The notes under the pieces: model-generated | The model's input: the letters and a program-made list of their open reading frames with translations, nothing else | Databases searched by the model: none | Told to the model about the DNA's origin: nothing | Part shown: positions 35,040 through 48,339 of the stretch, one piece after another | Numbering within the stretch: the first letter of the stretch is position 1 | Layout of the letters: each line of letters begins with the position of its first letter | Assembly: GCF_963921235.1 (NCBI RefSeq) | Contig: NC_086097.1 | Location: 250,544,001 to 250,608,000 of the forward strand | Direction of reading: 5' to 3' | DNA: 64,000 nucleotides | Origin: Mobula hypostoma | Taxonomy: Eukaryota | Made by a program: the position numbers and the translations under genes

Positions 35040-37110
35040 TACAGTCATAGAAAAGTGGAGCACAGAAACGGACCATTCAGCCCAATCATTTCGTGCTGAA
35101 CTACTCAAACTGCCTTCTCCCATCAACCTGCACCTGGACCATAGCCCTAACACCCACGTACCTATCCAAACTTCTCTTCAATGTTGAAATCAAACCCACA
35201 TGCAGCACTTGCACTGGCAGCTCGTTTGACACTCTCACCTTTATACTTTTCACGTTCCCCTTATACTTTTTACCTTTCACCCTTAAACCATGACTTCTAG
35301 TTGTAGTCCCACCCAACCTCAGTGGAAAAAGCCTGCTTGTATTTACCACATGTATCCCTTCATAACATTGTTTTCCTCTGTTAAATCTCTCCTCCGCCTT
35401 CCGCATTCTCGGGAATGAAGTCGGAACCTATTCAATCTTTCCTTACAACTCAGCTCCTCCAGTTCTGGCAACATCCTTGTAAATTTTCTCTGCACTCTTT
35501 CAACCTTGTTTACATCTTTCCTGTAGGTAGGTGACCAAAACTGTACACAATACTCCAAATTAGGCCTCACCAATGTCTTATACAACTTCAATATAGCATC
35601 CCATCTCCTGTGCCCTGTACTTTGGTTTATGAAAGCCAACATGCTAAGAGTTTTCTTTATGCCCCTACCTACATGTGCCACCTCTATCAATGAGTTATGG
35701 ACCTGCATTCCCAGATCCCTTTGTTCTATTGCACTCCTCAGTGCCCTGCCTTTCACTGTGTAAGACCTACCTTGGCTGGTCCTTCTGAAGTGTAACACCA
35801 CACACTTGTCTGCAGTAAATTCCTTCAGCCCATTTTTCCAGCTGGTCCAGATCCCACTGCCTGCTCTGAGAATCTTTCACACAGTCCTCACTACACACAT
35901 AATCTTAGTGTCATCCACAAATCTGCTGATCCAGTTAATCACCTTATCATCCAGATCATTGATAGAGATGACAAATAACAACAGACCCAGCACCAATCCC
36001 CAGGACACTCCACTAACCACAGGCCTCCAGTCAGAAAGGCAACCCTCTCTGGCTTCTCTCACAAAGCCAATATCTAATCCAATTTACTACCTCATCTTGC
36101 AACTGGACCTCCTTTGCTGATGTCCCTCTGCTGATGTCATGCTCACTGGCCTATGATTTCCTCGCTTATCTTTCTTGCTCAACCGAATAACATTGGCTAT
36201 CCTCCAATCCTCTGGTACCTCACCTGTCACTAAGGATGATTTAAATATCTCAGCTAGGGCCCCTGCAATTTCTGTAGTTGCCTCCCACAGGGTCCTAGGG
36301 AACATCTCGTCAGGCCTTGGGGATTTATCCACCCTTATTTGCCTCAGTCCAGCAAACACCTCCTCCTCTGTAATCTGTATCAGGTCCATGACCTCGCTGC
36401 TGCTTTGCCTCGCTTCTATCGACTCTGTGATCATCCCCAGAGTAAATGCAGATGTGAAAAAAACCATTTAAGATCTTGCCATCTCTTTTGCCTCCACATA
36501 TGGATAACCATCCCGATCTTCCAGAGGACCAATTTTGTCCCTAGCAATCCTTTTTCTCTTAACATATCTGTAGAATTCCTTCCGATTCTCCTTCATCTTG
36601 TCTGTTAGGGCAACTTCGTGCCTTCTTTGAGCCCCCTGATTTCCTTTGTAAGTGTTCTCTTCCATTTCTTTTACTCCATAAGCACCTCATTTGTTCCTAC
36701 CTGTCTAAACCTGCTAGGCACCTCCTTTTCATCTTAACCAGGGCCTCAATATCCCTTGAAAACCAAGGTTCCCTAAACCTGTTATCCTTGCCTTTCATTC
36801 CGACAGAAACGTACAAGCTTTGTGCTCTCAAAATCTCACTTTTGAAGGCCTTCCCACTTAATAAGTACCCTTTGACAGCAAACAGCCTGTCCCAATCCAC
36901 ACTTGCCAGCTCCTTTCTGATGCCATCAAAATTGGCCTTTTTCCAATTTAGAGTCTCAACCTGTGGACTAGACCCATCTAATGCCAAACTAATGGCATTG
37001 CGATCACTGGATGCAGTTTTCTCCTACACAAACTTTTGTCACCAGCCCTGTCTTATTCTCTAATAGCAGATCAAGTATCGCACACCCTCTGGTTGGGAAT
37101 TCTAACTTCT
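35040..37110 (-). mobile_element. Degenerate CR1 ORF2 with internal deletions
   Basis: KSPRPDEMFPRTL, ISRFVDDTK and LYKTLVRPNLEYC in successive broken frames. Confidence 0.9.
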
Positions 37111-37114
37111 GACT

Positions 37115-38045
37115 GGGAGGCTAAGCACAGCTCCAATGCCGTATTTAAATTTGCTGATGACACCACTGTCATAGGCTGAATCAAAGGAAGTGATGAGTCA
37201 GCATATGGGAGGCAGATTGAAAATCTGGCTGAGTGGTGCCATGACAACAATCTCTCGTTCTGGTGGTCTGTGAACCAATCCTCACTGGGAAGTCACAGGG
37301 AGAGAGGGTTGGGTCAGCAACTTTAATTTGCATGAAATCCTCATTTCCGAGGATCTGTTCTGGGCCCAGCATGTAAGCGAGGTTACAAAGAAAGCTTGGC
37401 AGTGCCTCTACTTCATTAGAAGTTTGTGAAAATACAGCATGACATATAAATCTCTCATAAACATCTATAGATTTATAGTGGAGAGTATATTGACTGGTTG
37501 CAACACAGTCTGGTACGGAAACACCAATGCCTTTGAATGGAAAATCCTACAAAGAGTAGTGGATATGGCCAGTTTATCACAGGTGAAGCTCCCCCACCAC
37601 CCTCGAGCACGCCTACAAGGAGCACTGTCACAGGAAAGCAGCATGCTTAATCAAGGACCCCCACCAGCCAGGCCATGCTCTCTTCTCACTGCTGCCATCA
37701 GGAAGGAAGTACAGGACCCTCAGGACTCAAAGCACCAGATTCAAGAACCGTTATTACCCCTCAACCATCAGGCTTTTAAAGCAGAGGAGATAACTTCAGT
37801 CAATGTCACTCGCCCCATCACTGAACTGTTCCCACAAACTATGGGCTCACCTTCATCTCATGTTCTTGATACTTAATATTATTATTTGTATTTGAACAAT
37901 TTGTTGTCTATCGCACACTGGGTGTTTGTCCGTCCTGTTCAGTGTGGTCTTATTGTGTTTCTTGTAACTTCTGTGAATGCCCACAAGAAAACAAATCTCA
38001 GGGTCATATGTAGTGACATATATGTACCTTGATAGTAAATGTACT
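37115..38045 (+). mobile_element. Rex1/Babar LINE 3' fragment
   Basis: AAATTTGCTGATGACACCACTGTC (KFADDTTV) and IVESILTGCNTVWYGN. Confidence 0.85.
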
Positions 38046-38429
38046 GCAGTAATGTTACTCAGTAAGATCAGGGTTAACTTTCAGAGATTTATAGTCTGAA
38101 GGATTTTACAGTGAAGCAATCAATCAGCTTTAAAATCCTGGAATAACTCCACATTTTAAGAATTGGAATATTATATTGGTGTGTTGATCATTTAACTTCC
38201 AATCCATTGTGAATGCTGGCATAATCCTTTAATGCACGCATCAGCTTGTAAATGTTTTTATTATCCAAGGCAAGGAGAGTTTAAAGCGGACAGTGCTCTC
38301 CAAAATGCAGCAAAATATTAACAGAATTTCAAATTGTGACACCCGGCAGATTTTTCTGCCAGATGGAGGGATTATAGCTCTTGGTAATCCTTAATTGTTT
38401 ATAGCGGTACAGAAGGAAGCTGTTCAGAC

Positions 38430-39060
38430 CATTGGTCAGTGGTAAGGAAGGCAATTGCAATGCTAGCATTCATTTCGAGAGGACTAGAATATAAGAGCAA
38501 AGATGTAATGCTGAGGCAATGGTCAGACCGCACTGGGAGTATTCTGAGCAGTTTTGGGCCCCTTATCTAAGAAAAGATGTGCTGGTGTTGGAGAGAGACC
38601 ACAGGAGGCTCACGAGAATGATTCCAGGAATGAAAGGGTTAACATATAAGAAGTGATTGAAGGCTGTGGGCCTCCACTCATTGGAGCTTAAAGGAATGAG
38701 AGTGCACCTCATTGAAACCTATCGAATGTTGAAAGGCCGAGGTAGAATGGATGTGGAAAGGATGCTTCCTACGATGGGAGAGTGATCAGAGGGATTAGAG
38801 GGCACAGTCTCAGAATAGAGGTTTAGAACAGAGATGAGGAGGAATTTCTTTAGCCAGCGGGTGGCGAATCAATGGAACTCATTGCCATGGTTGGCCGTGG
38901 AGGCCAAGTCACTGGGTATAGAGATTGATAGGTTCTTGATTGCTAAGGGTATCAAAGGTTACGGGGAGAAGGCAGGAGAATGGGGTTGAGAGGGATAATG
39001 GATAGTGGAACAGACTTGTTGGGCCAAATGGCCTAATTCTGCTCCCATGTCCTATAGTCT
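38430..39060 (+). mobile_element. Degenerate CR1 3' fragment
   Basis: GCAATGCTAGCATTCATTTCGAGAGGACTAGAATATAAGAGC and CR1 3' UTR homology. Confidence 0.85.
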
Positions 39061-39608
39061 TGTGATCTACATAAAAACATAACGGGAAATGTGTCATTTG
39101 TGTTAACCACCTAGAAAACCCAAAGGATAACCTGTGACAGCCCGCCAGGTTTTGTCATAAGCAGTGGACATGAAAGGATGAGGAGAAATTTCTTCACACA
39201 GAGGATGGAGAACCAAAGGGATTCTCCACTGCGAGCCACTGGAGGAACCCAGACATTATATTCATTCAAAGCATTACTGTCAAAAAATGCTGCAACTTGG
39301 AGCCAGAGATTTTTGTTTTGGTGACTTCATAAACATTTTTCACGACCTACCTTAATATATAATATATCCAAACACATCTACTTTAAAGTTACTAGGCTAA
39401 AAAAGGCCGAGCAAGACACTCTGATCTTCGGAGAATGAAGTATGGCGATAATGGATACGAGAACCCTTGATTGAACACGTTGACCCGGTGCGGTCTGATT
39501 CGCGACTGACTCTGAAGTGAGGCTGTGTGGGAGGAGCTTAAGCAATGAATTTACTGTGTGCACCGAATTCATATGGTATGTTGGAAAGATATTATAACTA
39601 GGAGGGAA

Positions 39609-40480
39609 ACATAGAAACATAGAAACGTAGAAAATAGGTGCAGGAGTAGGCCATTCGGCCCTTCGAGCCTGCACCGCCATTTATTATGATCATGGCTGAT
39701 CATCCAACTCAGAACCCTGTACCAGCCTTCCCTCCATACCCCCTGACCCCCGTAGCCACAAGGGCCATATCTAACTCCCTCTTAAATATAGCCAATGAAC
39801 TGGCCTCAACTGTTTCCTGTGGCAGAGAATTCCACAGATTCACCACTCTCTGTGTGAAGAAGTTTTTCCTAATCTCGGTCCTAAAAGGCTTCCCCTTTAT
39901 CCTCAAACTGTGACCCCTCGTTCTGGACTTCCCCAACATCGGGAACAATCTTCCTGCATCTAGCCTGTCCAATCCCTTTAGGATCTTATACGTTTCAATC
40001 AGATCCCCCCTCAATCTTCTAAATTCCAACGAGTACAAGCCCAGTTCATCCAGTCTTTCTTCATATGAAAGTCCTGCCATCCCAGGAATCAATCTGGTGA
40101 ACCTTCTTTGTACTCCCTCTATGGCAAAGATGTCTTTCCTCAGATTAGGGGACCAAAACTGCACACAATACTCCAGGTGTGGTCTCACCAAGGCCTTGTA
40201 CAACTGCAGTAGTACCCCCCTGCTCCTGTACTCAAATCCTCTTGCTATAAATGCCAGCATACCATTCGCCTTTTTCACCGCCTGCTGTACCTGCATGCCC
40301 ACTTTCAATGACTGGTGTATAATGACACCCAGGTCTCGTTGCACCTCCCCTTTTCCTAATCGGCCACCATTCAGATAATAATCTGTTTTCCTATTTTTGC
40401 CACCAAAGTGGATAACTTCACATTTATCCACATTAAATTGCATCTGCCATGAGTTTGCCCACTCACCCAACCTATCCAAG
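39609..40480 (-). mobile_element. Young 5'-truncated CR1 (open 256-aa frame at 39709-40479)
   Basis: Near-identical to 20550-21422. Confidence 0.97.
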
Positions 40481-40690
40481 TCTTATACCTTCAAAGTTAC
40501 CCCTCTTTAAGTTCAGAACCTTTGACTCCAATGAAGGTTGCTGCTTGGGTATTTGGGTATTTCATCGGTTCAGTTACCAGGGCCCCCCATAAACCCTTGG
40601 GGCTCCCCTTCTCACAGTTTTCAGTTGGTGGCCCCCTTCAAATGTGCCAGGGCCCCCAAGGGGGCCATATGGCCCCCGTTGAGAATGGCT

Positions 40691-41682
40691 GATATAGATG
40701 ATGGAATAGATGGCTTTGTTGCCAGGTTTGCAGATGATCTGAAGGCTGGTGGAAGGGCAGGCAGTGTTGAGGAAACAGGTAGGCTGCAGGAGGACTTAGA
40801 CAGATTAGGAGAATGGGCAAGAAAATGGCAAATGAAATACTATGTTGGAAAATGCATGGTCATACACTTTGGTAGTAGAAATAAATGTGCAAACTATTTT
40901 CTAAACGGGGAGAAAATCCAAAAATCTGAAATGCAAAAGGTTTTGGGAGTCCTTGTGCAGAACACCCTGAAAGTTAACTTGCAGGTTGAGTCAGTGGTGA
41001 GGAAGGCAAATGTCATGTTAGCATTTATTTCAAGAGGTCTAGAATACAAGAGCAGGGATGTGATGCTGAGGCTTTATAAGGCACTGGTGAGGCCTCACCT
41101 TGAGTATTGTGAACAGTTTTGGGCTCCTCATCCAAGAAAAGATGTGCTGGAGAGGGTCCAGAGGACGTTCACCAGGATGATTCCAGGAATGAAAGGGTTA
41201 TCATCTGAGGAACATTTGATAGTCATAGTCATACTTTATTGATCCCGGGGGAAATTGGTTTTCATTACAGTTGCACCATAAATAATTAAATAGTAATAAA
41301 ACCATAAATAGTTAAATAGTAATATGTAAATTATGCCAGGATGGCTCTGGGCCTGTACTTGCTGAAGTTTTGAAGGATGAGGGGATCTCACCGAAACATT
41401 TCGAATGTTGAAAGTCCTAGACGGAGTAGTTTGGAAAGGATGGTCCCCATGCTCGGGGAGTCAAGGACAAAAGGGATTACCAAAGGCGGCCAAGTCGTTG
41501 GGTGTACTTAAGGAAGAGCTTGATAGATTTTTGATTGGACACAGCATCAAATGTTGTGGGGAGAAGGCCAGTAAATGGGGCTGGGGTGGGGAAAATGTGG
41601 ATCAGCCACGACTGAATGGCAGAGCAGACTCGACGTGCCAAAGGCCCAATTCTGCTCCTGTGTCTCATGGTCCCATGGTCTA
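40691..41682 (+). mobile_element. CR1 3' fragment interrupted by a Rex1-type tail (41219-41340, minus strand)
   Basis: RFADD and LYKALVRPHLEYC; the insert begins ATAGTCATAGTCATACTTTATTGATCCCGGGGGAAATT, as at 48425. Confidence 0.9.
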
Positions 41683-41904
41683 AGATGTAGGCCGTTCTTC
41701 CCTCTCCATAGATGCTGAATTCCCCCACCATTTTGTGTGTTGTTCTAGATTTCCAGCATCTGCAGAATCTCTGGAGCTTAAATTCTGTCTTGACAATTGA
41801 GGTAATTCAATTAAATTAGCAACCTGGAATAATCTGGGCCTTTAAATCTGAGTCCACTGGTGGCTGAAGGCCCAGAGACAGCCTGGCCTGAGGTAGGAGG
41901 CCTG

Positions 41905-41908
<4 letters not shown>

Positions 41909-41974
<66 letters not shown>
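41909..41974. repeat. (TG)33 microsatellite
   Basis: Perfect dinucleotide run. Confidence 0.98.
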
Positions 41975-41977
<3 letters not shown>

Positions 41978-42123
41978 GTTAGGAAAGGGGTTTGTTTTGC
42001 TTTTGTTGCTTGTGTTGTTCTGTTGAACACTGTGTGAATGCTATGTTTGTCCTTGAATGTGAGTGACCTTTGTCCTTAAATGTGCGATGTAGCTCACAGG
42101 CTGCCCCGAGCATATCCCTGGGA

Positions 42124-42263
42124 GACGCAAGGATGAGAGATTCTGCGGGAGCTGGAAATCCAGAGCAACACACACAAAATGCTGGAGGAACTCAGCAGGT
42201 CAGGCAGCAACTATGGAAGTGAATGAACAGTCGACGTTTCGGGCCAAGACCTTTCATCAGGAC
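42124..42263 (-). mobile_element. ~140-bp Penelope-derived insert whose 5' end is the hammerhead motif
   Basis: Terminal-repeat sequence interrupts a SINE-like body; homology ends at ...CATCAGGAC (42263). Confidence 0.8.
42229..42263 (-). ncRNA. Minimal hammerhead ribozyme motif
   Basis: Reverse complement GTC CTGATGA AAGGTCTTGGCCC GAAA CGTC GACT; core intact, stem II weak. Confidence 0.7.
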
Positions 42264-43227
42264 GTGCTTGGGTGTGTTGGTTGTCGGCACAAATGACACA
42301 TTTCATTGTCTGTTTCAGTGTACACGTAATGATTCAATGAATTTGGTCTGATATGAAAGAGGAGACGGGATGTCTCAGTTCGCAGTCCACATGTTTTCCA
42401 CATGTACTCCAGTTTCCCCCCACAGTCCAAAGGTGTACCAGGAAGGTTAAATGGTTATTGTAAGTTGTCCTGTGATTAGGTTAGGGTTAAAATCGGGGTT
42501 GTTGGAGATTGCTGGGTTGGCGTGGCTCAAAGGGTCAGAAGGGCGTCTTTGGAACTCTACCACGAAGTAAATTAATACATTAAGAGACATATTCATAGTT
42601 GGGATGTTGCATTTCTCTGGAGAACTCGTCCCAGGGGCAATAGATTATAGAGCATAGAATACTTCAGCACATCCAAGTCCTTCGGCTCTCAATGTTGTGC
42701 TGACCTTTGAACCTATTCCAAGAGGAATCTAACCGTTCTTTCCCAACTTTTTCTATCATTCATGTGCCTATCTGAGAGTTTCTTAAACTCCGCTAATGTA
42801 TCTGCGTCTACCGTGGCCCGCGGCAGGTCCAGGAGTGGTGGCACAGGCAGTTGCTGAAGCACCTGTTCTTGTGCTGTTCTATGTCGACAGCTGTTGAAAG
42901 GAAGATGCTGACTGTTGGACGATCTCTTGTTCCCAGTCTGACTGAGAGTTGGCCACCGATGATAGTACTTTTTTAGATAAAAAGCAAAGAACAAAAGGCC
43001 AGACATAAAGCCAAGAAATTTATAGTTAAATCTTCCAAGTTTATATTTAGAGAAAGAAAGGGAAAAAAGAGTAATGCCAAATCTGGTCCACAGAGCTGAC
43101 AGCAAACTCAGAGTCAGAATCAGAATCAGGTTTAATATCACTGTTTTATGTTGTGAAATTTGTTGTTTTACAGCAGCAGTACATTGCAATACATAATAAG
43201 TTCTAAGATCAAAGTGTATTGTATGTA

Positions 43228-44570
43228 TACATAGAAATCTACAGCACATTACAGGCCCTTCGGCCCACAATGTTGTGCTGACCATGTAACCTACTCTAGA
43301 AACTGCCTAGAGTTTCCCTACCGCATAGCCCTCTATTTTTCTGAGCTTCATGTAACTATCAAAGAGACTCTTAAAAGACCCTATTGTATCTGCTTCCACC
43401 ACCGTCACTGGCAGTGCATTCCACGCACCCACCACTCCCTGTGTGAAAAACTTACCCCTGACATTCCCTCTGTACCTATTTCCAAACATCTTAAAACTAT
43501 GCCCCCTCGTCTTAGCCACTTCAGCCCTGGGAAAAGACCTCTGGCTATCCACATGATCAATGCCTCTCATCACCTTATACACCTCTATCAGGTCACCTCT
43601 CATCCTCCGTCACTCCAAGGAGAAAAGCCCAAGTTCACTTAACCTATTTTCATAAGGTACACCCTCCAATCCAGGCAACATTCTTGTAAATCTCCTCTGC
43701 ACTCTCTCTAGAGTATCCACATCCTTTCCTGTAGTGAGGTGACCAGAACTGAACACAGTACTCCAAGTGGGGTCTGGCCAAGATCTTATATAGCTGTAAC
43801 ATTACCTCATGGTTCTTGAACTCAATCCAACGGTTGATGAATGCCAACACACCATATGCCTTCTTAACAACACTGTCAAACTGCGCAGCTGCTTTGAGTG
43901 TCCTATGGGCACAGACCCCAAGATATCTCAGATGCTCCACACTGCCAAGAGTCTTATCATTAATATTATATTCTGTCTTCAAATTTGACCTCCCAAAATG
44001 AACCACTTCAAACTGATCTGGATTGAACTCCATCTCCTTCTCAGCCTAGATATTCATCGTATTGATGTCCCGCTGTAAGCTCTGACAATCCACCAGACTA
44101 TCCACAACACCCCCAAACTTTGTGTCATCAGAAAACTTACTAACCCACGGTTCTACTTCTTCTTCCTGGTCATTTATAAAAATCACAAAGAGGAGGGGTC
44201 CCAGAATGGATCCCTGCGGAACACCACTGATCACCGACCTCCGTGCAGAATATGACCTGTCTACAACCATCCTTTGCCTTCTGTGGGCAAGCCAATTCTG
44301 GATCCACAAAGCAATGTCTCCTTGGATCCCATGCCTCCTTACTTTCCGAATGAGCCTCACATGGGGAACCTTATCAAATGCCTTACTGAAATCCATATAC
44401 ACTACATTCACTGCTCTACATTCATCAATGTGTTTGGACCCACCCTCAAGGAATTCAATCTGGCTCGTAAGGCATGATCTGCCCTTGACAAAGCCATGCT
44501 GACTATCCCTAATCAGATTATGTCTCTCCAAATGCTCATAAATCCTGCCTCTCAGGATCTTCTCCAACAA
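43228..44570 (-). mobile_element. 5'-truncated CR1 LINE
   Basis: ORFs 44046-44570, 43650-44033 and 43307-43603 carry RT motifs. Confidence 0.93.
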
Positions 44571-44579
44571 TTTACCACA

Positions 44580-45190
44580 TTATACAATCTTGAGATTAGC
44601 CTCCTAGCAGGCAGCCATAAAACAAAGAAACCCAGAAGAACCCAATAAAAGAGACCATCGAACCCACAATGTGCGGAGAAAAACACAAATGATGCAGATA
44701 ATAAAAGCAAGTGACTAGTGCGCGGGGAGTCTGCCAGCAGACCCCTAGCTCAGGGTAAAGCCAAGTAAACATTTCAGAGCAAAGAGTTGAACCAGCCTGT
44801 CCCTCACCACCAGCCCTGACACCCTGAGCTTTTCAATCTGGCCCGGTGCCTAAACCATCATTCTTACATTGGGTTCAGTTGCTTTGGTATGCTCTGGGGC
44901 CTGAACCTCGCCACCTCAATTCGGTCTGCACCCAACCTTTCTGATTCAGCCCGGCTCTCGAACTGTCTTCCAAGAAGCTGTTCCTGAATCATTAAGTGTG
45001 TGTCTTCAGGCTCTTGTGCCTCCTCCTTGATGACAACAATGAGAAGAGGATGTGCCCTGGGTGATGTGAGTCCTTAATGATAGGTACTTTTTTTTGAGGC
45101 ATTGTCTTTTGAAGATGTCCTGGATTCTGGGGAAGCTGGTGCCCACAATGGAGCTGGCTGAGTTTACAACTTTCTGCAGCTTTCTTTGCA
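44580..45190 (-). mobile_element. Rex1/Babar 3' fragment
   Basis: RKLQKVVNSASSIVGTS..IKDSHHPGHILFSLLSSRRRHKSLKTHT. Confidence 0.75.
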
Positions 45191-45484
45191 TACCTGCCAC
45201 TTTTCATACACAGCAATTTTTCTTGATAAAATATGTTCCTCGATAAACTTTTGGGAATAATGAATTCAGAGTGTAATGGAAAAAAAGACACGTTGTATTA
45301 TGGAAAATAAACTATCAATAGTTGTATTTATATTAACCCGAAATAAAAAGTACCAAAATTACTCTTTTATTAATCCTTTCTTCTTCTGTTTGAAATAAAA
45401 TAAGGTAATGTGGAAAAAAACAGAGCAATCAAAAGTGGAAAATATACACACTAGTTGAGGGTGAAGTGAAGACTAGAAGACCAT

Positions 45485-46862
45485 AAACACAGGAGATTCT
45501 ACAGGTGCTGGAAATCCAGAGCTGGAGGAACTCAGCATTTATGGAAATGAGTATACAGTCGACATTTTGTGCTGAGACCCTTCATCAGGGCTGGAGAGGA
45601 ATGGGGAAGAAGCCAGAATAAGAAGGCGGGGGGGACAGGGAAGGAGTACAAGATGACAGGTGATAGGTGAACCCTGAGAAGGGGAAGGTGCATGGGTGGG
45701 TGAGGGGGGTGAAGTGCGACGCTGGGAGGTGATAGGTGGACATGGTAAAAGGCTGAAGAAACATAGAAACATAGAAAACCTACAGCACAATACAGGCCCA
45801 TCAGCCCACAAGGTTGGGCCGAACATGTCTCTACCTTAGAAATTACTAGGCTTACCCATAGCCCTCTATTTTTCTAAGCTCCATGTACCTATCCAAAAGT
45901 CTCTTAAAAGACCCTATTGTATCTGCCTCCACCACCGTTGCCAGCAGCCCATTCCACGCAGTCATCACTCCCTGAGTAAAAAACTTACCCCCGACATCTC
46001 CTCTGTACCTACTCCCCAGCACCTTAAACCTGTGTGCTCTTGTGGCAACCATTTCAGCCCTGGGAAAAAGCCTCTGACTATCCACACGATCAATGCCTCT
46101 CATCATCTTATACACCTCTATCAGGTCACCTCTCATCCTCCATCGCTCCAAGGAGAAAAGACCGAGTTCACTCAACCTATTCTCATAAGGCATGCTCCCC
46201 AATCCAGGCAACATCCTTGTAAATCTCCTCTGCACCCTTTCTATGGCTTCCACATCCTTCCTGTAGTGAGGTGACCAGAACTGAGCCCAGTACTCCAAGT
46301 GGGATCTGACCAGGGTCCTATATAGCTTCAACATTACCTCTCGGCTCCTAAATTCAGTTCCACGATTCATAAAGGCCAATACACCGTATGCCTTCTTAAC
46401 CACAGAGTCAACCTGCGCAGCTGCTTTGATTGTCCTATGGACTCAGACCCCAAGATCCCTCTGATCCTCCACACTGCCAAGAGTCTTATCATTAATACTA
46501 TATTCTGCCATCATATTTGACCTACCAAAATGAACCACCTCACACTTATCTGGGTTGAACTCCATCTGCCACTTCTCAGCCCAGTTTTGCATCCTATCAA
46601 TATCCCACTGTAACCTCTGACAGCCCTCCACACTATCCACAACACCTCCAACCTTTGTGTCATCAGCAAACTTACTAACCCATCCCTCCACTTCCTCATC
46701 CAGGTCATTTATAAAAATCATGAAGAACAAGGGTCCCAGAACAGATCCCTGAGAAGAAGGAAGCTGATTCTGATGAAGAGTCTTAGCCCGAAACATTGGC
46801 TATTTATTCCACTCTATAGATTGCCTGACCTGCTCTGTTCCTCCAGCAATTTGTGTGTGTTA
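45485..46862. mobile_element. Older Penelope inverted repeat pair split by a CR1 insertion
   Basis: Minus arm at 45485-45757 plus 46752-46767; plus arm at 46768-46862 starts at TCTGATGAAGAG..GAAACATT. TAGAAGA lies on both flanks. Confidence 0.7.
45758..46751 (-). mobile_element. Young 5'-truncated CR1 (subfamily of 5990-7767 and 62364-64000)
   Basis: QGSVLGP, KFADD and LYRTLVRSHLEY; AGAAACATAGAAACATAG tail. Confidence 0.95.
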
Positions 46863-46922
46863 GAGTAGAAGATTTGTGTTTTTCTGCACATAGGTTCTTT
46901 ATGAATTCATAACCTCTTAAAA

Positions 46923-47227
46923 GTGGGCACGTGGCCAAGTGGTTAAGGTGTTGGGCTAGTGATCTGAAGGTCGTGAGTTCGAGCCCTAGCCGAGGTAGCA
47001 TGTTGTGTCCTTGAGCAAGGCACTTAATCACACATTGCTCTGCGACAACACTGGTGCCAAGCTGTATGGGTCCTAATGCCCTTCTCTTGGACAACATTGG
47101 TGTCGTGGAGAGGGGAGACTTGCAGCATGGGCAACTGCTGGTCTTCCATACAACCTTGCCCAGGCCTGCGCCCTGGAAACCTTCCAAGGCGCAAATCCAA
47201 GGTCTCATGAGACTAACGGATGCCTAT
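46923..47227 (+). mobile_element. tRNA-headed SINE (family of 11724 and 13239)
   Basis: A box TGGCCAAGTGG, B box GAGTTCGAGCC, shared body. Confidence 0.9.
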
Positions 47228-48339
47228 CAAACTCTACTGAATCTTCTTCTCAGGGAAATAACAACTCTCCTGGGCCGTGAACCCTTTCATTAGATGAGCA
47301 TGACCAGTGGAAACACCCAAAGATTTAGAGGTTCAAAGTATATATGTAGTATACAACCCTGAGATTTGTCTTCTCCACGGGCAGTCATGAAACAAAGAAG
47401 AACCATAGAAGCAACTTGTTCAAAGAAAAGACGTCAAGCATCAGACCTCCCTCCACCCTCCCGCGCACAAAAATGTCGCACAAAAGGCCACAGAGAAACG
47501 AGTGAGAACTCAGAAGACAAAACACAAAATCAAAAGGCATATTTCAGTTCAGTTCAGCTCAGTGTTCATTATCAGCAGGCCATCCCAATTCAAAAATTAT
47601 CCAGAAGTAGTAGGAAAAAGAGTGAAGACTTTCCAGGCGCAGATCCATGGTCTCGCAAGATTAACGATGCCTTTAAAAAACCTTTTAAATAAGCAAATGT
47701 GAATGTAGGAATTATTCAATAATAATGCAGCGGAAGAATAATATTCTTTAGTTCTGTAGCTGTGTGGTGGAGAGAATTGGCTGCATCATAGCCTGGTTTG
47801 GAAACACTAATACCCCTGAATGGAAAATCCTACAAAAAGTAGTAGATACGGCCCAACTCACCACGGGTAAAGCCCTCTGCAGCACTGAGCATTAAAAAAT
47901 AATATTCCTACAGTTTGTCTTCTTTTGCACATTGGTTGCTTGTGTATCTTTGTTTACGATTTTTTTCATAAATTCTATTGTATTTCTTTATTTTGTAGAT
48001 GACTGCAAGAAAAGGAATCTCATAGCGGTATGTGGTAACATATTTGTTCTTTGTTAATAAATTTATTTTGACTTTCAGTTTGATTTTGATTCTAATGCAT
48101 TTGAAGAAGTTACTTGTCTTTTAAAGAACACAAATTTTATACTAATTTATAATCAAAACTCTGCTTAGCCTCTGACTTTGATATCCTACATAACTCAAGC
48201 AAAAGATTTTGAGAATCTAGGTGAATTACTTTTCCCTAATTTACATTTGCAGTTCATCTCATTACACAGTGATGGCACTTCACTGGGTTTGATGTCTGTA
48301 CGAAAGGTATGAAATAATTGTTTCTTTGTTTTACACACT

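Noticed and set aside
41909..41974. (TH)n coding repeat in ORF 41842-42030
   Set aside because: It is only the translation of a TG microsatellite.
42713..43285. 190-aa ORF
   Set aside because: It starts in a CR1 tail, runs through a Rex tail and ends in another CR1 tail; only the middle is unique sequence.
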